From positions 1-20,713 of the forward strand of contig CAZHPN010000101.1 of assembly GCA_964534375.1 (NCBI GenBank): DNA of 20,713 bases, in the 5' to 3' direction. The stretch is from an uncultured bacterium. GTDB taxonomy: Bacteria; Lernaellota; Lernaellaia; Lernaellales; Lernaellaceae. The position numbers were made by a program, and so were the translations under genes. Within the stretch, counting starts at the first letter, position 1. Each line of letters opens with the position of its first letter. Below are positions 1 to 8,815 of this stretch, one piece after another. The notes under the pieces are model-generated. The model saw only the letters and a list, made by a program, of their open reading frames with translations. It did not search any database and had not been told where the DNA came from.

Positions 1-2
1 CC

Positions 3-2114
3 CTCGACGGTTACCTGGACGGCTACATATTCAACATTCTGCCGTTCAACGGCGGGCCGGGCATGCTCAACCCGCCGGTGTTCCTGTACACGACAGACGA
101 CGTGGCATCGCTCGATTCCGGGGTCGACGTGACGCAAGCCGCGACCGCCGGCGTGCTCTGGGGCGCCGCCATGTGGACCTCCGGCGGCAACGTCGGCGGC
201 GGCGTCGGCTGCGCGACGTTGGCGACGACGCCAGCGTCGACGACGGCGTATTACGGCCTGCCCGCAAATCCGCTGGCGGCCGAGACCGGCTCCAGCAATA
301 ACTTCGATTTCAACTTTTTCAACGTTCCTCCCGGCGCGTACAACGTCGTGGCGACCGTCGGCGACGACGACCAGCAGGCGTCGCAGGCAGCGTGGGTCGG
401 CGCCGGCGGGTTCACCGTGGCGTTGGTGATTTATGAATCCGGGAATCCGACGCCGGCGGATTGTTCCCCGCCGGTCGTGATCTCGGGACTGGTCTATGCG
501 GCGACGCAGCCGTCGCCAACGCCGGTGGCGGGCGCGGCGGTCGAACTGCTGGTCAACGCGACGGGGGCGCCTTTCGCGCCCGACTTGGCCGGCACGACCA
601 ACAGTTCCGGCGAGTTTTTCCTGGCCGCCCCGGCCGGCACGATGACGGTTGGCCTGAAGGTCACGGCCGCGGGTTACATCGATAGTTACGTGTTCAATCT
701 GCCGACGCAAGGAAACATGCAGCCGGTCCCGTTGTTTCCGGGTACTTTCGCGGAACTTTCGCAAATGGCGGCCTCATCATTCGGCGTGACGTTGGACGCC
801 GACGACGGGCAAGTTTTTGGGTCGGTCGTCTGGCTGGACGCGAACGGCAATCAACTGCCCGTGGGTTGCGCCGCGGTGACCGAAACGCCAAGCTCCGGGG
901 CTCTGATCTATGGCGACGCCAACGGAAATCCGACGCCTGGTTTGACCCAGACGGACCCGAACAGCGGCCAGTTCTTCGGCTTCAATCTGACCGCGGCCGA
1001 ATCGTGCGTTTTTTCCACGACGCTCGGCGGACAGCCGGCCTCGGCGACCGTGCCCTACGTTTATCCTGGGGCGCTGACCTGGATCAACCTGCCGTTCGGC
1101 GGCGCGGCCAATCCGACGCCGGCGAATTGCCAGTCGGGCGACGACGATTCCTCGCCCGACGACGATTCCTCGCCCGACGACGATTCCTCGCCCGATGACG
1201 ACGACAGTGTGGGCGGACCAGGGCCGGGGCCCTCCTGGTCGCTGCTGACGACCGGGAATTGGCCGGATTTGTACGGGGTTTGGGGATTTTCCGCTTCGGA
1301 CGTGTACGCCGTGGGTTACCGTGGCGCCGTATTGCACTACGACGGCGCCTCGGTGTCGGAGATGACGATCGGCGGCGATGTCAACTTCTATTTCTACGGC
1401 ATTTGGGGAAGCTCCGACTCGGATCTTTACGCCGTGGGCGACCTCGAAACGATTCTGCACTTCGACGGCTCTACGTGGTTGCAGGAGAGAGGCGGGGCCG
1501 GCGCTACGTTGTTCCACGTTTGGGGAACAGGCGCCTCGGACGTTTTCGCCGTGGGCGCCGGCGGCCTAATTATGCACTACGATGGAGCATCCTGGTCGAT
1601 GAACACGAGCATAACAAGCGAGACGTTGTACGGAGTTTGGGGAAGCTCACCCTCGAACGTTTTCGCCGTGGGAACCGACAGCTACATATTTCACTACGAT
1701 GGCAATTCGTGGTCGTCGACCAGAACCGGCGGCCCATTCGAGACGTTGTACGGAGTTTGGGGAAACACCTCGGACGTAATCGCCGTGGGGTTCGAGTACC
1801 TGCTGGGGGCCGGCGTGATTCTGGACGATCCCGCGAACGGTTCCAGTTGGTCGGTAATGACGCTGCCGTCGGAGGCGTCGCGGGCGCAGCTAAACAGCGT
1901 CTGGGGAACCGCGTCCTCTTCGAATTTCTTTGCGATCGGGTGGAACGAAAACGAAGGCGCCGGCGTGATTCTCAACTACAGCGGCGCTTCATGGGCAATC
2001 ATGCGACAGCCGTTTGAGTTGCCGAATTTGTACGGCATCTGGGGAACCAGCGCATCGAACTTGTTCGTCGTGGGCTGGTGGGGCACAATCCTGGAGTATG
2101 GCGGCGGCGATTAG
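3..2114 (+). CDS. Large exported repeat protein, 5'-truncated by the window edge: two ~221-aa tandem beta-sandwich-like modules, Asp-rich linker, 7-repeat beta-propeller
   Basis: The frame is open from base 3 (LDGYLDGYIFNILP...) before the ATG at 63. GYLDGYIFNI...VGCA...NPTPADC is repeated as GYIDSYVFNL...VGCA...NPTPANC. A (DDDSSP)3 linker follows, then seven [LF]YG[VI]WGxSxSD[VL]FAVG...ILHYDGxxW repeats. Stop TAG at 2112-2114. Confidence 0.85.
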   Translation, partial: LDGYLDGYIFNILPFNGGPGMLNPPVFLYTTDDVASLDSGVDVTQAATAGVLWGAAMWTSGGNVGGGVGCATLATTPASTTAYYGLPANPLAAETGSSNNFDFNFFNVPPGAYNVVATVGDDDQQASQAAWVGAGGFTVALVIYESGNPTPADCSPPVVISGLVYAATQPSPTPVAGAAVELLVNATGAPFAPDLAGTTNSSGEFFLAAPAGTMTVGLKVTAAGYIDSYVFNLPTQGNMQPVPLFPGTFAELSQMAASSFGVTLDADDGQVFGSVVWLDANGNQLPVGCAAVTETPSSGALIYGDANGNPTPGLTQTDPNSGQFFGFNLTAAESCVFSTTLGGQPASATVPYVYPGALTWINLPFGGAANPTPANCQSGDDDSSPDDDSSPDDDSSPDDDDSVGGPGPGPSWSLLTTGNWPDLYGVWGFSASDVYAVGYRGAVLHYDGASVSEMTIGGDVNFYFYGIWGSSDSDLYAVGDLETILHFDGSTWLQERGGAGATLFHVWGTGASDVFAVGAGGLIMHYDGASWSMNTSITSETLYGVWGSSPSNVFAVGTDSYIFHYDGNSWSSTRTGGPFETLYGVWGNTSDVIAVGFEYLLGAGVILDDPANGSSWSVMTLPSEASRAQLNSVWGTASSSNFFAIGWNENEGAGVILNYSGASWAIMRQPFELPNLYGIWGTSASNLFVVGWWGTILEYGGGD
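1140..1193 (+). repeat. Perfect 18-bp tandem repeat x3 (GACGACGATTCCTCGCCC) encoding DDDSSP
   Basis: Read directly; copies at 1140, 1158 and 1176. Confidence 0.95.
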
Positions 2115-2179
2115 GGCCTCGTCGGGCAGATGCCCTGGCGCCCGCCGGCGAGACCGCCGGGCGGTCAAGCGGAGCCTGC

Positions 2180-2209
2180 TTGACGGTTATGACGCATCGC
2201 ATCTATAAT
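2180..2209 (+). promoter_or_regulatory. Sigma70-type promoter for the hydrolase/acyl-CoA ligase operon
   Basis: TTGACG (2180-2185), 18-nt spacer, TATAAT (2204-2209), ~35 nt before ATG 2244. Confidence 0.65.
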
Positions 2210-2243
2210 TTCCGTCCTAAATTGCACGATTTCGAGGCTGGCC

Positions 2244-3089
2244 ATGAACGGAATCAAACCGCTGGAAGAAACCCTGACCGCGCCCGACCGCACGAAGATA
2301 TTCCTGCGGCGCTGGCCGGTCGCCGATCCGAAAGCCGTGCTCGTCATCTGCCACGGGCTGGGCGAACACGGCGGCCGCTACGGCAACCTCGTGAACGTGC
2401 TGGTTCCGGCCGGCTACGCGTGCTTCGCGCACGATCACCGCGGGCACGGCCGCACCGAAGGCAAACGCGGGCATGTGGATCGTTTCGACCAGTTTCTCGA
2501 CGACGTGCACCTGGTCGTGACCAACGCCCGTGACGCTTATCCGGGGAAGAAAGTTTTTCTGTTCGGGCACTCGATGGGCGGCCTGATCGCCCTCTCGTAC
2601 GCGCTGCACCGGCCCCACGCGGTCGACGGCGTCATCGCCTCGGGCGCCGCGTTGCGGCTGCAAGTAGAGGTGCCGAAGGTCAAGGCGACATTCGGCCGGC
2701 TGGTAGCGTCGCTCGCGCCGACGTTGGCCCTCGGCAACGGCCTGGACCCGAAATGGCTGTCGCACGACCCGGCGGTGGTGCAGGCCTACCTCGAGGATCC
2801 GCTGGTGCACGATCGCGTGACGGCGAAGTTCTTCGTCGAATTCACGGCGGCCATGCGCCGGGCGCTGTTCGCCGCGGGCGCCCTCCAGATGCCGGCGCTG
2901 ATCTATCACGGCGGCGACGACCCGATCTGCGCGCCGCAGGGCTCCGCGGATTTCTACGAACGCGCGGCCTCGCCGGACAAGACCTTCCGCGTGTTCGAGG
3001 GTCAATTCCACGAAACGCACAACGATACGGCCAAGGAACAGGCTGTCGACATGATTCGAGAATGGCTGGATAAACACGCAGCCGTCTAG
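2244..3089 (+). CDS. Alpha/beta-hydrolase, lysophospholipase/monoacylglycerol lipase family
   Basis: HGLGEHGGRY, DHRGHGRT, nucleophile elbow GHSMGG, HGGDDPI (Asp) and GQFHE (His). Confidence 0.93.
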   Translation: MNGIKPLEETLTAPDRTKIFLRRWPVADPKAVLVICHGLGEHGGRYGNLVNVLVPAGYACFAHDHRGHGRTEGKRGHVDRFDQFLDDVHLVVTNARDAYPGKKVFLFGHSMGGLIALSYALHRPHAVDGVIASGAALRLQVEVPKVKATFGRLVASLAPTLALGNGLDPKWLSHDPAVVQAYLEDPLVHDRVTAKFFVEFTAAMRRALFAAGALQMPALIYHGGDDPICAPQGSADFYERAASPDKTFRVFEGQFHETHNDTAKEQAVDMIREWLDKHAAV

Positions 3090-3100
3090 CGGAGGATCGC

Positions 3101-4606
3101 GTGAAGACTCTGAGTTCGTTGCTGACCGAACAGGGCGCAAAATGCGGCGACCAGACGTTCTGCTTTTATGAGAACGAGGAACTGAGTTACGCCTCGTTCG
3201 AAGCCACCTCCAACGCGCTCGCCCATGGCTTGCTCGCCCGCAAAATCAAAAAAGGCGCGGTGGTCGCCTTCCTGCTGCCCAATATCCCGGAGTGGCTGCT
3301 GACGTTCTACGCCGTGATCAAAACCGGGGCCGCGGCGGCGCCGATCAACAGCCTGCTGAAGGCGGAAGAGATCCGCTTCATCCTGGAGAACAGCGAAGCG
3401 CGGATTTTGATCACCATTCCGCAATTCGTGGAGATGGTCCGCGAGATGCAATTGGAACTGCCGGAATTGCGCGAGGTCTACGTGCTGGGCGACGAAGCCC
3501 CGCGCGGCATGTTCGTTTTCGACAAGCTGCTCTCGGACAACGCCGAGGCGCCCGACGTGGCCATCGACCCCAACGACCCGGCCTGCATCATCTACACCTC
3601 GGGCATGACGGGCCGCCCCAAGGGCGCGGTGCTGACGCACAAGAACTATCTGGCGAACGCCCAGCAGATCGTGCAGGCTCTCGATATCACCGCGCGCGAC
3701 CGGCTGCTGAACATCCTGCCGATGTTCCACGTCAACGCCCAACTCGTGACGTTCATCGCGCCGCTGCTCGCCGGCGCGTCGATGGTGCTGATGCGCGGTT
3801 TTTCGCCGCGTCAATTCCTGCCCGCCCTCGACCGCTACAAGGCAACGGCCTTCACCGGCGTGCCGACGGTGTACGCGATCCTGAACGAGTTGCCCGACGC
3901 CGAGGATTACGACCTGTCGATGCTGCGCTTTTGCATTTGCGGCGCCGCCCCGATGCCGATGGACGTGTTCGAGCGGTTCGAGATCAAGTACAAAACAAAG
4001 ATCATCGAGGGCTACGGGCTGTCGGAGGCCACCTGCGCGAGCAGCATCAATCCGATCCGCGGCAAACGCAAGGTCGGCTCGATCGGCCGGCCGCTGCCCG
4101 GCATCGAGATGAAGCTCGTCGACGAAAGCGGCAAAGAGGTCGCGACCGGCGCCGAGGGCGAGATCATCGTCCGCGGCGACACGGTGATGCTCGGCTATCT
4201 GAACGACGCGGCGGCCACCGCCGACACGTTGCGCAACGGCTGGCTGTTCACCGGCGACATCGGCTACGTCGACGAAGACGGCTTTTTCTTCATTCGCGGC
4301 CGCAAGAAAGACATGATCATCCGCGGCGGCGAGAACATCTATCCGCGCGAAGTCGAAGACGTGCTGATCAAGCACCCGCAAATCAAGGAAGTCGCGGTGG
4401 TCGGCAAACCCGATCCGATCTGGGGCGAAGAGGTCACGGCCTACATCGTCGTCGAGGGCCAGGAACGCCCCAGCCGCACCCAACTGATGGAATTCGCCCG
4501 CCAGCACCTGGCCGACTACAAATGCCCGACCAGCATGGTCTTCGTCGAAAGCCTGCCGAAAACCGCGATGATGAAAGTCCGGCGGTGGGCGCTGCGCGAA
4601 GAGTGA
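3101..4606 (+). CDS. Long-chain fatty acid--CoA ligase (ANL adenylating enzyme, FadD/LcfB-like)
   Basis: GGAGG RBS then GTG start. Motifs IIYTSGMTGRPKG, EGYGLSE, TGDIG, GRKKDMIIRGGENIYPREVE and LPKT. Confidence 0.93.
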   Translation: MKTLSSLLTEQGAKCGDQTFCFYENEELSYASFEATSNALAHGLLARKIKKGAVVAFLLPNIPEWLLTFYAVIKTGAAAAPINSLLKAEEIRFILENSEARILITIPQFVEMVREMQLELPELREVYVLGDEAPRGMFVFDKLLSDNAEAPDVAIDPNDPACIIYTSGMTGRPKGAVLTHKNYLANAQQIVQALDITARDRLLNILPMFHVNAQLVTFIAPLLAGASMVLMRGFSPRQFLPALDRYKATAFTGVPTVYAILNELPDAEDYDLSMLRFCICGAAPMPMDVFERFEIKYKTKIIEGYGLSEATCASSINPIRGKRKVGSIGRPLPGIEMKLVDESGKEVATGAEGEIIVRGDTVMLGYLNDAAATADTLRNGWLFTGDIGYVDEDGFFFIRGRKKDMIIRGGENIYPREVEDVLIKHPQIKEVAVVGKPDPIWGEEVTAYIVVEGQERPSRTQLMEFARQHLADYKCPTSMVFVESLPKTAMMKVRRWALREE

Positions 4607-4636
4607 GCATGATGATGCGGCCGGCCGATATGCGTC

Positions 4637-4708
4637 CTCGACCACCTCGCCGACGAGCCAGGTCGTTTCCGGGTCGCGCTCGATCACGATGGCCCAAGTT
4701 CGCTTCAT
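4637..4708 (-). pseudogene. Truncated HicB-like antitoxin remnant (N-terminal 24 aa only)
   Basis: GGGAGG RBS plus ATG at 4708 give MKRTWAIVIERDPETTWLVGEVVE, matching the HicB N-terminal pattern. The expected LPGCxTxG continuation is absent. Confidence 0.6.
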
Positions 4709-4822
4709 GACGCCTCCCTGCGACAATATGCCGACGACGCGCCGGGGCGCGCAAGGGCGCGGAGGGGCGATTTGGCCGGGGTTCGGGCCATCGCCGCCGA
4801 TGAAGTCGACTTCGGCGAACCG

Positions 4823-4851
4823 TTGACAGCGCCAGGCGGAGGCGGGACACT
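4823..4851 (+). promoter_or_regulatory. Possible sigma70 promoter for the Cys-rich lipoprotein
   Basis: TTGACA (4823-4828), 17-nt spacer, GACACT. GAGGAGG RBS precedes ATG 4900. Confidence 0.4.
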
Positions 4852-4899
4852 AAGTATCTCTGGAAATCGCCTTGTTGATTTTGAAGAGGAGGCGTCGCC

Positions 4900-5781
4900 A
4901 TGAACCGCAGTCGTTGGGTGCTGTTCCTCCTGTTGACGATCGTCGTGGTCGCTGGCGCGACGATCGCCTGCAGCGGTTCCAGCAGCAGCAAGAGCGGCGG
5001 CAAGGCCGCTGGTGACGACGACGACACGGCGCTCGGCGCCTGTTGCTACGACGGCGTCTGCGCGTCTCAGACCCGCGCGGCCTGCAGCGCCGAATGGCAG
5101 GGCGCGGGAACCGATTGCGCCGACAACCCCTGCTCGCCGACGCCGAGCGACGATGACTCTTCGCCGGACGACGACGACGACAATGACAACGACGACGACG
5201 CGACGCCGCCGCTCGGGGCGTGTTGCCAGGGCGCCGCGTGCGCCGTGAAGCCCTACGCCGATTGCGCGGGATCCTGGATGGGCGCGGACACGATTTGCGT
5301 GCCGAACCCGTGCGTCGACGATGACGACGACAACGACGACAACGACGACAACGATAACGATAACGACAACGACGACTCGTGGGGCGCCTGCTGCCAGGGC
5401 GAATACTGTCTTTCGGCGACCGAAACGCGGTGCGGCGCGATGGGCGGGGCCTGGCACGGCGGCGAGGTCTGCGCCGGCAACCCCAACCCCTGCGGCTTCG
5501 CCGACGGCGCGTGCTGCGCGCCCATTTCCGGGGGCGGCGACGAGTGCATCGACACGACGTCGAGCGCCTGCTCGGCCATCACCGGCGGCCAGTACGTCGC
5601 CGGCGCGCCGTGCTCGCAGTTGCCTTGCTCGTGGATCGGCGGAGCCTGCTGCGGCAACGGCGAATGTTACGACGGCACGGACCAGGCCGGTTGCCAAACC
5701 CAGGGTGGAACCTTTTTCAACGAGCAGACCTGCGCCGCCGTCGAGTCGCAGTGCGCCGCGCAGCAGTCGCTCGCGCAATAG
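4900..5781 (+). CDS. Cys-rich lipoprotein with five GACC modules and Asp/Asn-rich linkers
   Basis: Signal peptide with lipobox-like TIAC. Five GACC-initiated modules of 6 Cys each. Linkers such as DDDSSPDDDDDNDNDDD. Strong RBS. Confidence 0.88.
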   Translation: MNRSRWVLFLLLTIVVVAGATIACSGSSSSKSGGKAAGDDDDTALGACCYDGVCASQTRAACSAEWQGAGTDCADNPCSPTPSDDDSSPDDDDDNDNDDDATPPLGACCQGAACAVKPYADCAGSWMGADTICVPNPCVDDDDDNDDNDDNDNDNDNDDSWGACCQGEYCLSATETRCGAMGGAWHGGEVCAGNPNPCGFADGACCAPISGGGDECIDTTSSACSAITGGQYVAGAPCSQLPCSWIGGACCGNGECYDGTDQAGCQTQGGTFFNEQTCAAVESQCAAQQSLAQ

Positions 5782-5940
5782 CCGGCGGCCGGCGGGCGCC
5801 GCTGGCGGGCGCGCATCACCGGACCGGACGCCGTTGGCCAACCGCCCCTATATTTTGCCGGCCTGATCGCGTATATTTACATATCTGCTTTTTGGACTTT
5901 TGACGAAAAAAGGGACATGTCCTGCGAAAGGAGACGGCAA

Positions 5941-7092
5941 ATGAAGCTGGCTCATTGGTCGATCGCATTCCTGGCGTTGGCGCTGGCGGTGTTCCTGACG
6001 GCGGCGTGCGGCAGTTCGAGCACGAGCAGCAGCGCCGCGGCGGACGACGACAACGACGCGTCGCCCGATGACGACGATGACGATGTCTCGCCCGATGACG
6101 ACGACAACGACGACAACGACGCCTCGCCGGACGACGACGACAATGACGACGACGACACGCGGCCGCCGCTCGCCGGGGTTTGGGGAAGCTCGGACTCCGA
6201 CGTGTTCGCCGTAGGAACCAAGGTCTTTTTCATGGACCAGCAGCCGCGCACCGAAGGCGTGATCCTGCACTACGACGGCTCGACGTGGTCGACGATGCTT
6301 GGCGGCGACGTGCTCATCCAGGCCACGGGGATTTGGGGCGCGTCGCCGAGCGACGTGTACGCCGTGGGCTATTACGGGATCCTGCACTATGACGGCTCAA
6401 CGTGGTCGAGCGCCGCAACCAGCGACGAAGCGCTGCTCGGCGTTTGGGGAAGCTCGTCCACCGATGTGTTCGCCGTCGGCTACGAGAACACGATCCTGCA
6501 TGACGACGGTTCCGCGTGGTCGACGATGCCGGGCGGGAACGGAGACTTCGCGTATCGGGGCGTGTGGGGCGCCTCGCCGTCCGACGTTTTCGCCGTCGGG
6601 ATCGCGGTCAACAACCTCACCGCCGCCAGCGTCATCATGAACTACAATGGCTCGTCGTGGTCGAGCGCCTGGGCAGGGGTCAAGGTCGTCTTGCTCGGCA
6701 TTTGGGGGACCTCGGCGTCCGACGCGTTCGCCGTGGGCGACGATGTTCAAAACGCGGATGTCGCCGCCGTTTTGCACTACGACGGTTCGACGTGGTCGGC
6801 GACCGCCGGCCCGGGCAACGTACTGCAGATCGAGAGCGTCTGGGGCGCCTCGCCTTCCGCCGTGTTCGGCGTGGGTTGCGGCAGCTTTGCCGCGAACGGC
6901 GGTTGCACCGAAGGCGCGATCGCGCAGTACGATGGCTCGGCGTGGTCGGCGATGCCGGGCGCGGCGGCGACGACGAACCTCAACGGCGTGTGGGGGACCT
7001 CCGGCTCCGCCGCGTTCGCCGTGGGCTGCGAGCTGAATTGCAACTACGGCGTGATTCTGCGTTACGACGGATCGGCCTGGTCGGCGATGTGA
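5941..7092 (+). CDS. Lipoprotein with Asp-rich linker and 7-repeat beta-propeller
   Basis: AGGAGA RBS favours ATG 5941 (MKLAHWS...). Lipobox LTAAC, a DDDNDASPDDD linker, then seven GVWGxSxSDVFAVG...LHYDGSxWS repeats paralogous to the first gene. Confidence 0.9.
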   Translation: MKLAHWSIAFLALALAVFLTAACGSSSTSSSAAADDDNDASPDDDDDDVSPDDDDNDDNDASPDDDDNDDDDTRPPLAGVWGSSDSDVFAVGTKVFFMDQQPRTEGVILHYDGSTWSTMLGGDVLIQATGIWGASPSDVYAVGYYGILHYDGSTWSSAATSDEALLGVWGSSSTDVFAVGYENTILHDDGSAWSTMPGGNGDFAYRGVWGASPSDVFAVGIAVNNLTAASVIMNYNGSSWSSAWAGVKVVLLGIWGTSASDAFAVGDDVQNADVAAVLHYDGSTWSATAGPGNVLQIESVWGASPSAVFGVGCGSFAANGGCTEGAIAQYDGSAWSAMPGAAATTNLNGVWGTSGSAAFAVGCELNCNYGVILRYDGSAWSAM

Positions 7093-7235
7093 GGCCGGGC
7101 CGCAAAACCCTTCTTGCGCGAACTTCAACTATTATGCGAATGTCTCTCGTCGCGGCCGACGCCGGCAAAGAATTCGCCGCCGCGGCGAACGTCGGGCGGC
7201 GGTCGCGGCCGTCGCTTTGCAGGGGATCTGACATC

Positions 7236-8036
7236 ATGATCGAGACCATTTGCCGCTATATCCAGAAGCATCGCCGCCGCGCGATGCCTCTGATCGACAA
7301 GCTCGTCGCGGCCGATCTGCGGTCGGTCGCCCGCCGCCCGGGCGAGACGTTCGACGTCCTGGCGCATCTCGACGATTTGCAGGACGACCCCGACGCGTTC
7401 GCCGCGACGATGGCGCGGTTCGTCCGCGGGCGCGAGGGCGAGTTGGCGACGACATTCGGCGGCCAGTCGGTGACGCGCATCGCCTACGACGACGCGAAGT
7501 GGCAGGCCGTCGTCGCGATCGATTTCATCGGCAACAATCGGTTCGATCTGGCCGGCCTGCAGGAGCGGCTCGTTCCGGCGTTCGAGCCGGCCGATCTGGA
7601 GACGCTGATCGAATTGGCCGCCGGCTTTCTCGCCGAAAACGTCGGCCGGCCGTTCGGCTACGAATTGCACGCGGACGGCGCCGCGTTTCTCGCCGGCCGG
7701 CTGCAGGGCCGATCGGTGACCGTGCAGGTGCTCGACGTGCGGGCCTGCCTCAAAGCCCTCGTGTTTCTGATGCGCAAAAGCGAGGCGAGCGTGCTGGTCC
7801 GTTCGGCGGCGGACGTGCTGGCGCTGGCCGAGCAGGGACAAGATCTGTTGTGCTTCGCGGCCGAGGCCTACGAAGAGCGCGACCTGACGGTGACGGTGGA
7901 TTTCCGCGGCGAAAATATCTTTCGCTGCGGCAAGGGCGTGAAATCGAACTTGGGTTCCCGTTTCGGCCCGACGGCGTTGCAATTGGATGCGGTGGTGCGC
8001 ATGATGATGTCGGCCATGCCAGGGAGAGGTAAATGA
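7236..8036 (+). CDS. Hypothetical protein (~266 aa), coupled to the rhomboid gene
   Basis: Only the 3' part of the 6516..8036 ORF reads as protein-like. Start is uncertain (7236 or 7284). The stop overlaps the next start (ATGA 8033-8036). Confidence 0.7.
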   Translation: MIETICRYIQKHRRRAMPLIDKLVAADLRSVARRPGETFDVLAHLDDLQDDPDAFAATMARFVRGREGELATTFGGQSVTRIAYDDAKWQAVVAIDFIGNNRFDLAGLQERLVPAFEPADLETLIELAAGFLAENVGRPFGYELHADGAAFLAGRLQGRSVTVQVLDVRACLKALVFLMRKSEASVLVRSAADVLALAEQGQDLLCFAAEAYEERDLTVTVDFRGENIFRCGKGVKSNLGSRFGPTALQLDAVVRMMMSAMPGRGK

Positions 8037-8773
8037 GTTCGTATCCGGGCGGCGGCTATGAAGGCCGGCCGCAATTCCGTTTCGGCGGCCCGCTGACGCC
8101 GGTGGTCAAGGGTTTCATGATCGCTTGCGCGGCGGTGTTCGCCGTGCAGTTCTTCTGGCGCGGCTGGGGCGGCGGCGGCGACTTCGATCGCCTCTTCGGC
8201 CTGTACACGCCGTGGTTCTGGCGCGGCGCTTTCTTTCAACTGCTGACCTTCCACTTTTTGCACGGGTCGATCTGGCACCTCGCCTTCAACATGCTGACGA
8301 TGTGGATGTTCGCCGGCGAACTGGAGCAACTCTGGGGCGCCAAAAAATTCGTCATTTATCTCTTCGTCGTCGGCCTCGGGGCCGGCGCCTGCCAACTGCT
8401 CTCGGCGCCATTCCTCGACGTTCCGGTGATCGGCGCGTCGGGCATCGTCTACGGCATTTTGCTCGCGTTCGGCATGACGTATCCGAACCGCGTGGTGCTG
8501 CTGTATTTTCTGATTCCGCTGAAGGTGAAGTGGCTCGTCATCGGCATGGGCGTGATCGAGTTTTCGATGGCCTTCGATCCGTCGGGCCCGATGAAGATCG
8601 CGCACTTCGCCCACCTCGGCGGCATGCTGTTCGGCTTCCTGTTCCTGCGCTGGGACGGCTTGTTCCTGCGGCTGCGCGGCGCCTATTATCGGCGCAAGCT
8701 TGAACGGCAGCGCAAAAAGCGGAAAATCTACGTGGTGCGCGGCGACGGCGACGAGCCGCCGTTCGTGCACTGA
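8033..8773 (+). CDS. Rhomboid family intramembrane serine protease
   Basis: QLLTFHFLHGSIWHLAFNM, catalytic GASG and AHFAHLGG, with multiple TM helices. Confidence 0.95.
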   Translation: MSSYPGGGYEGRPQFRFGGPLTPVVKGFMIACAAVFAVQFFWRGWGGGGDFDRLFGLYTPWFWRGAFFQLLTFHFLHGSIWHLAFNMLTMWMFAGELEQLWGAKKFVIYLFVVGLGAGACQLLSAPFLDVPVIGASGIVYGILLAFGMTYPNRVVLLYFLIPLKVKWLVIGMGVIEFSMAFDPSGPMKIAHFAHLGGMLFGFLFLRWDGLFLRLRGAYYRRKLERQRKKRKIYVVRGDGDEPPFVH

Positions 8774-8815
8774 GCCGGCGGACGCGCGAGCAACGACAAC
8801 GGACGGGACCATTTC

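Noticed and set aside
3086..4726. 546-aa minus-strand ORF
   Set aside because: Antisense shadow of the ligase in high-GC DNA. Only the 24-aa HicB-like start looks real.
6516..7235. N-terminal half of the 506-aa ORF
   Set aside because: Arg-rich off-frame overlap with the propeller lipoprotein.
8033..8773. Rhombosortase/GlyGly-CTERM sorting
   Set aside because: Gene 1 ends in GGGD, but no neighbouring protein has the required C-terminal TM helix and basic tail.
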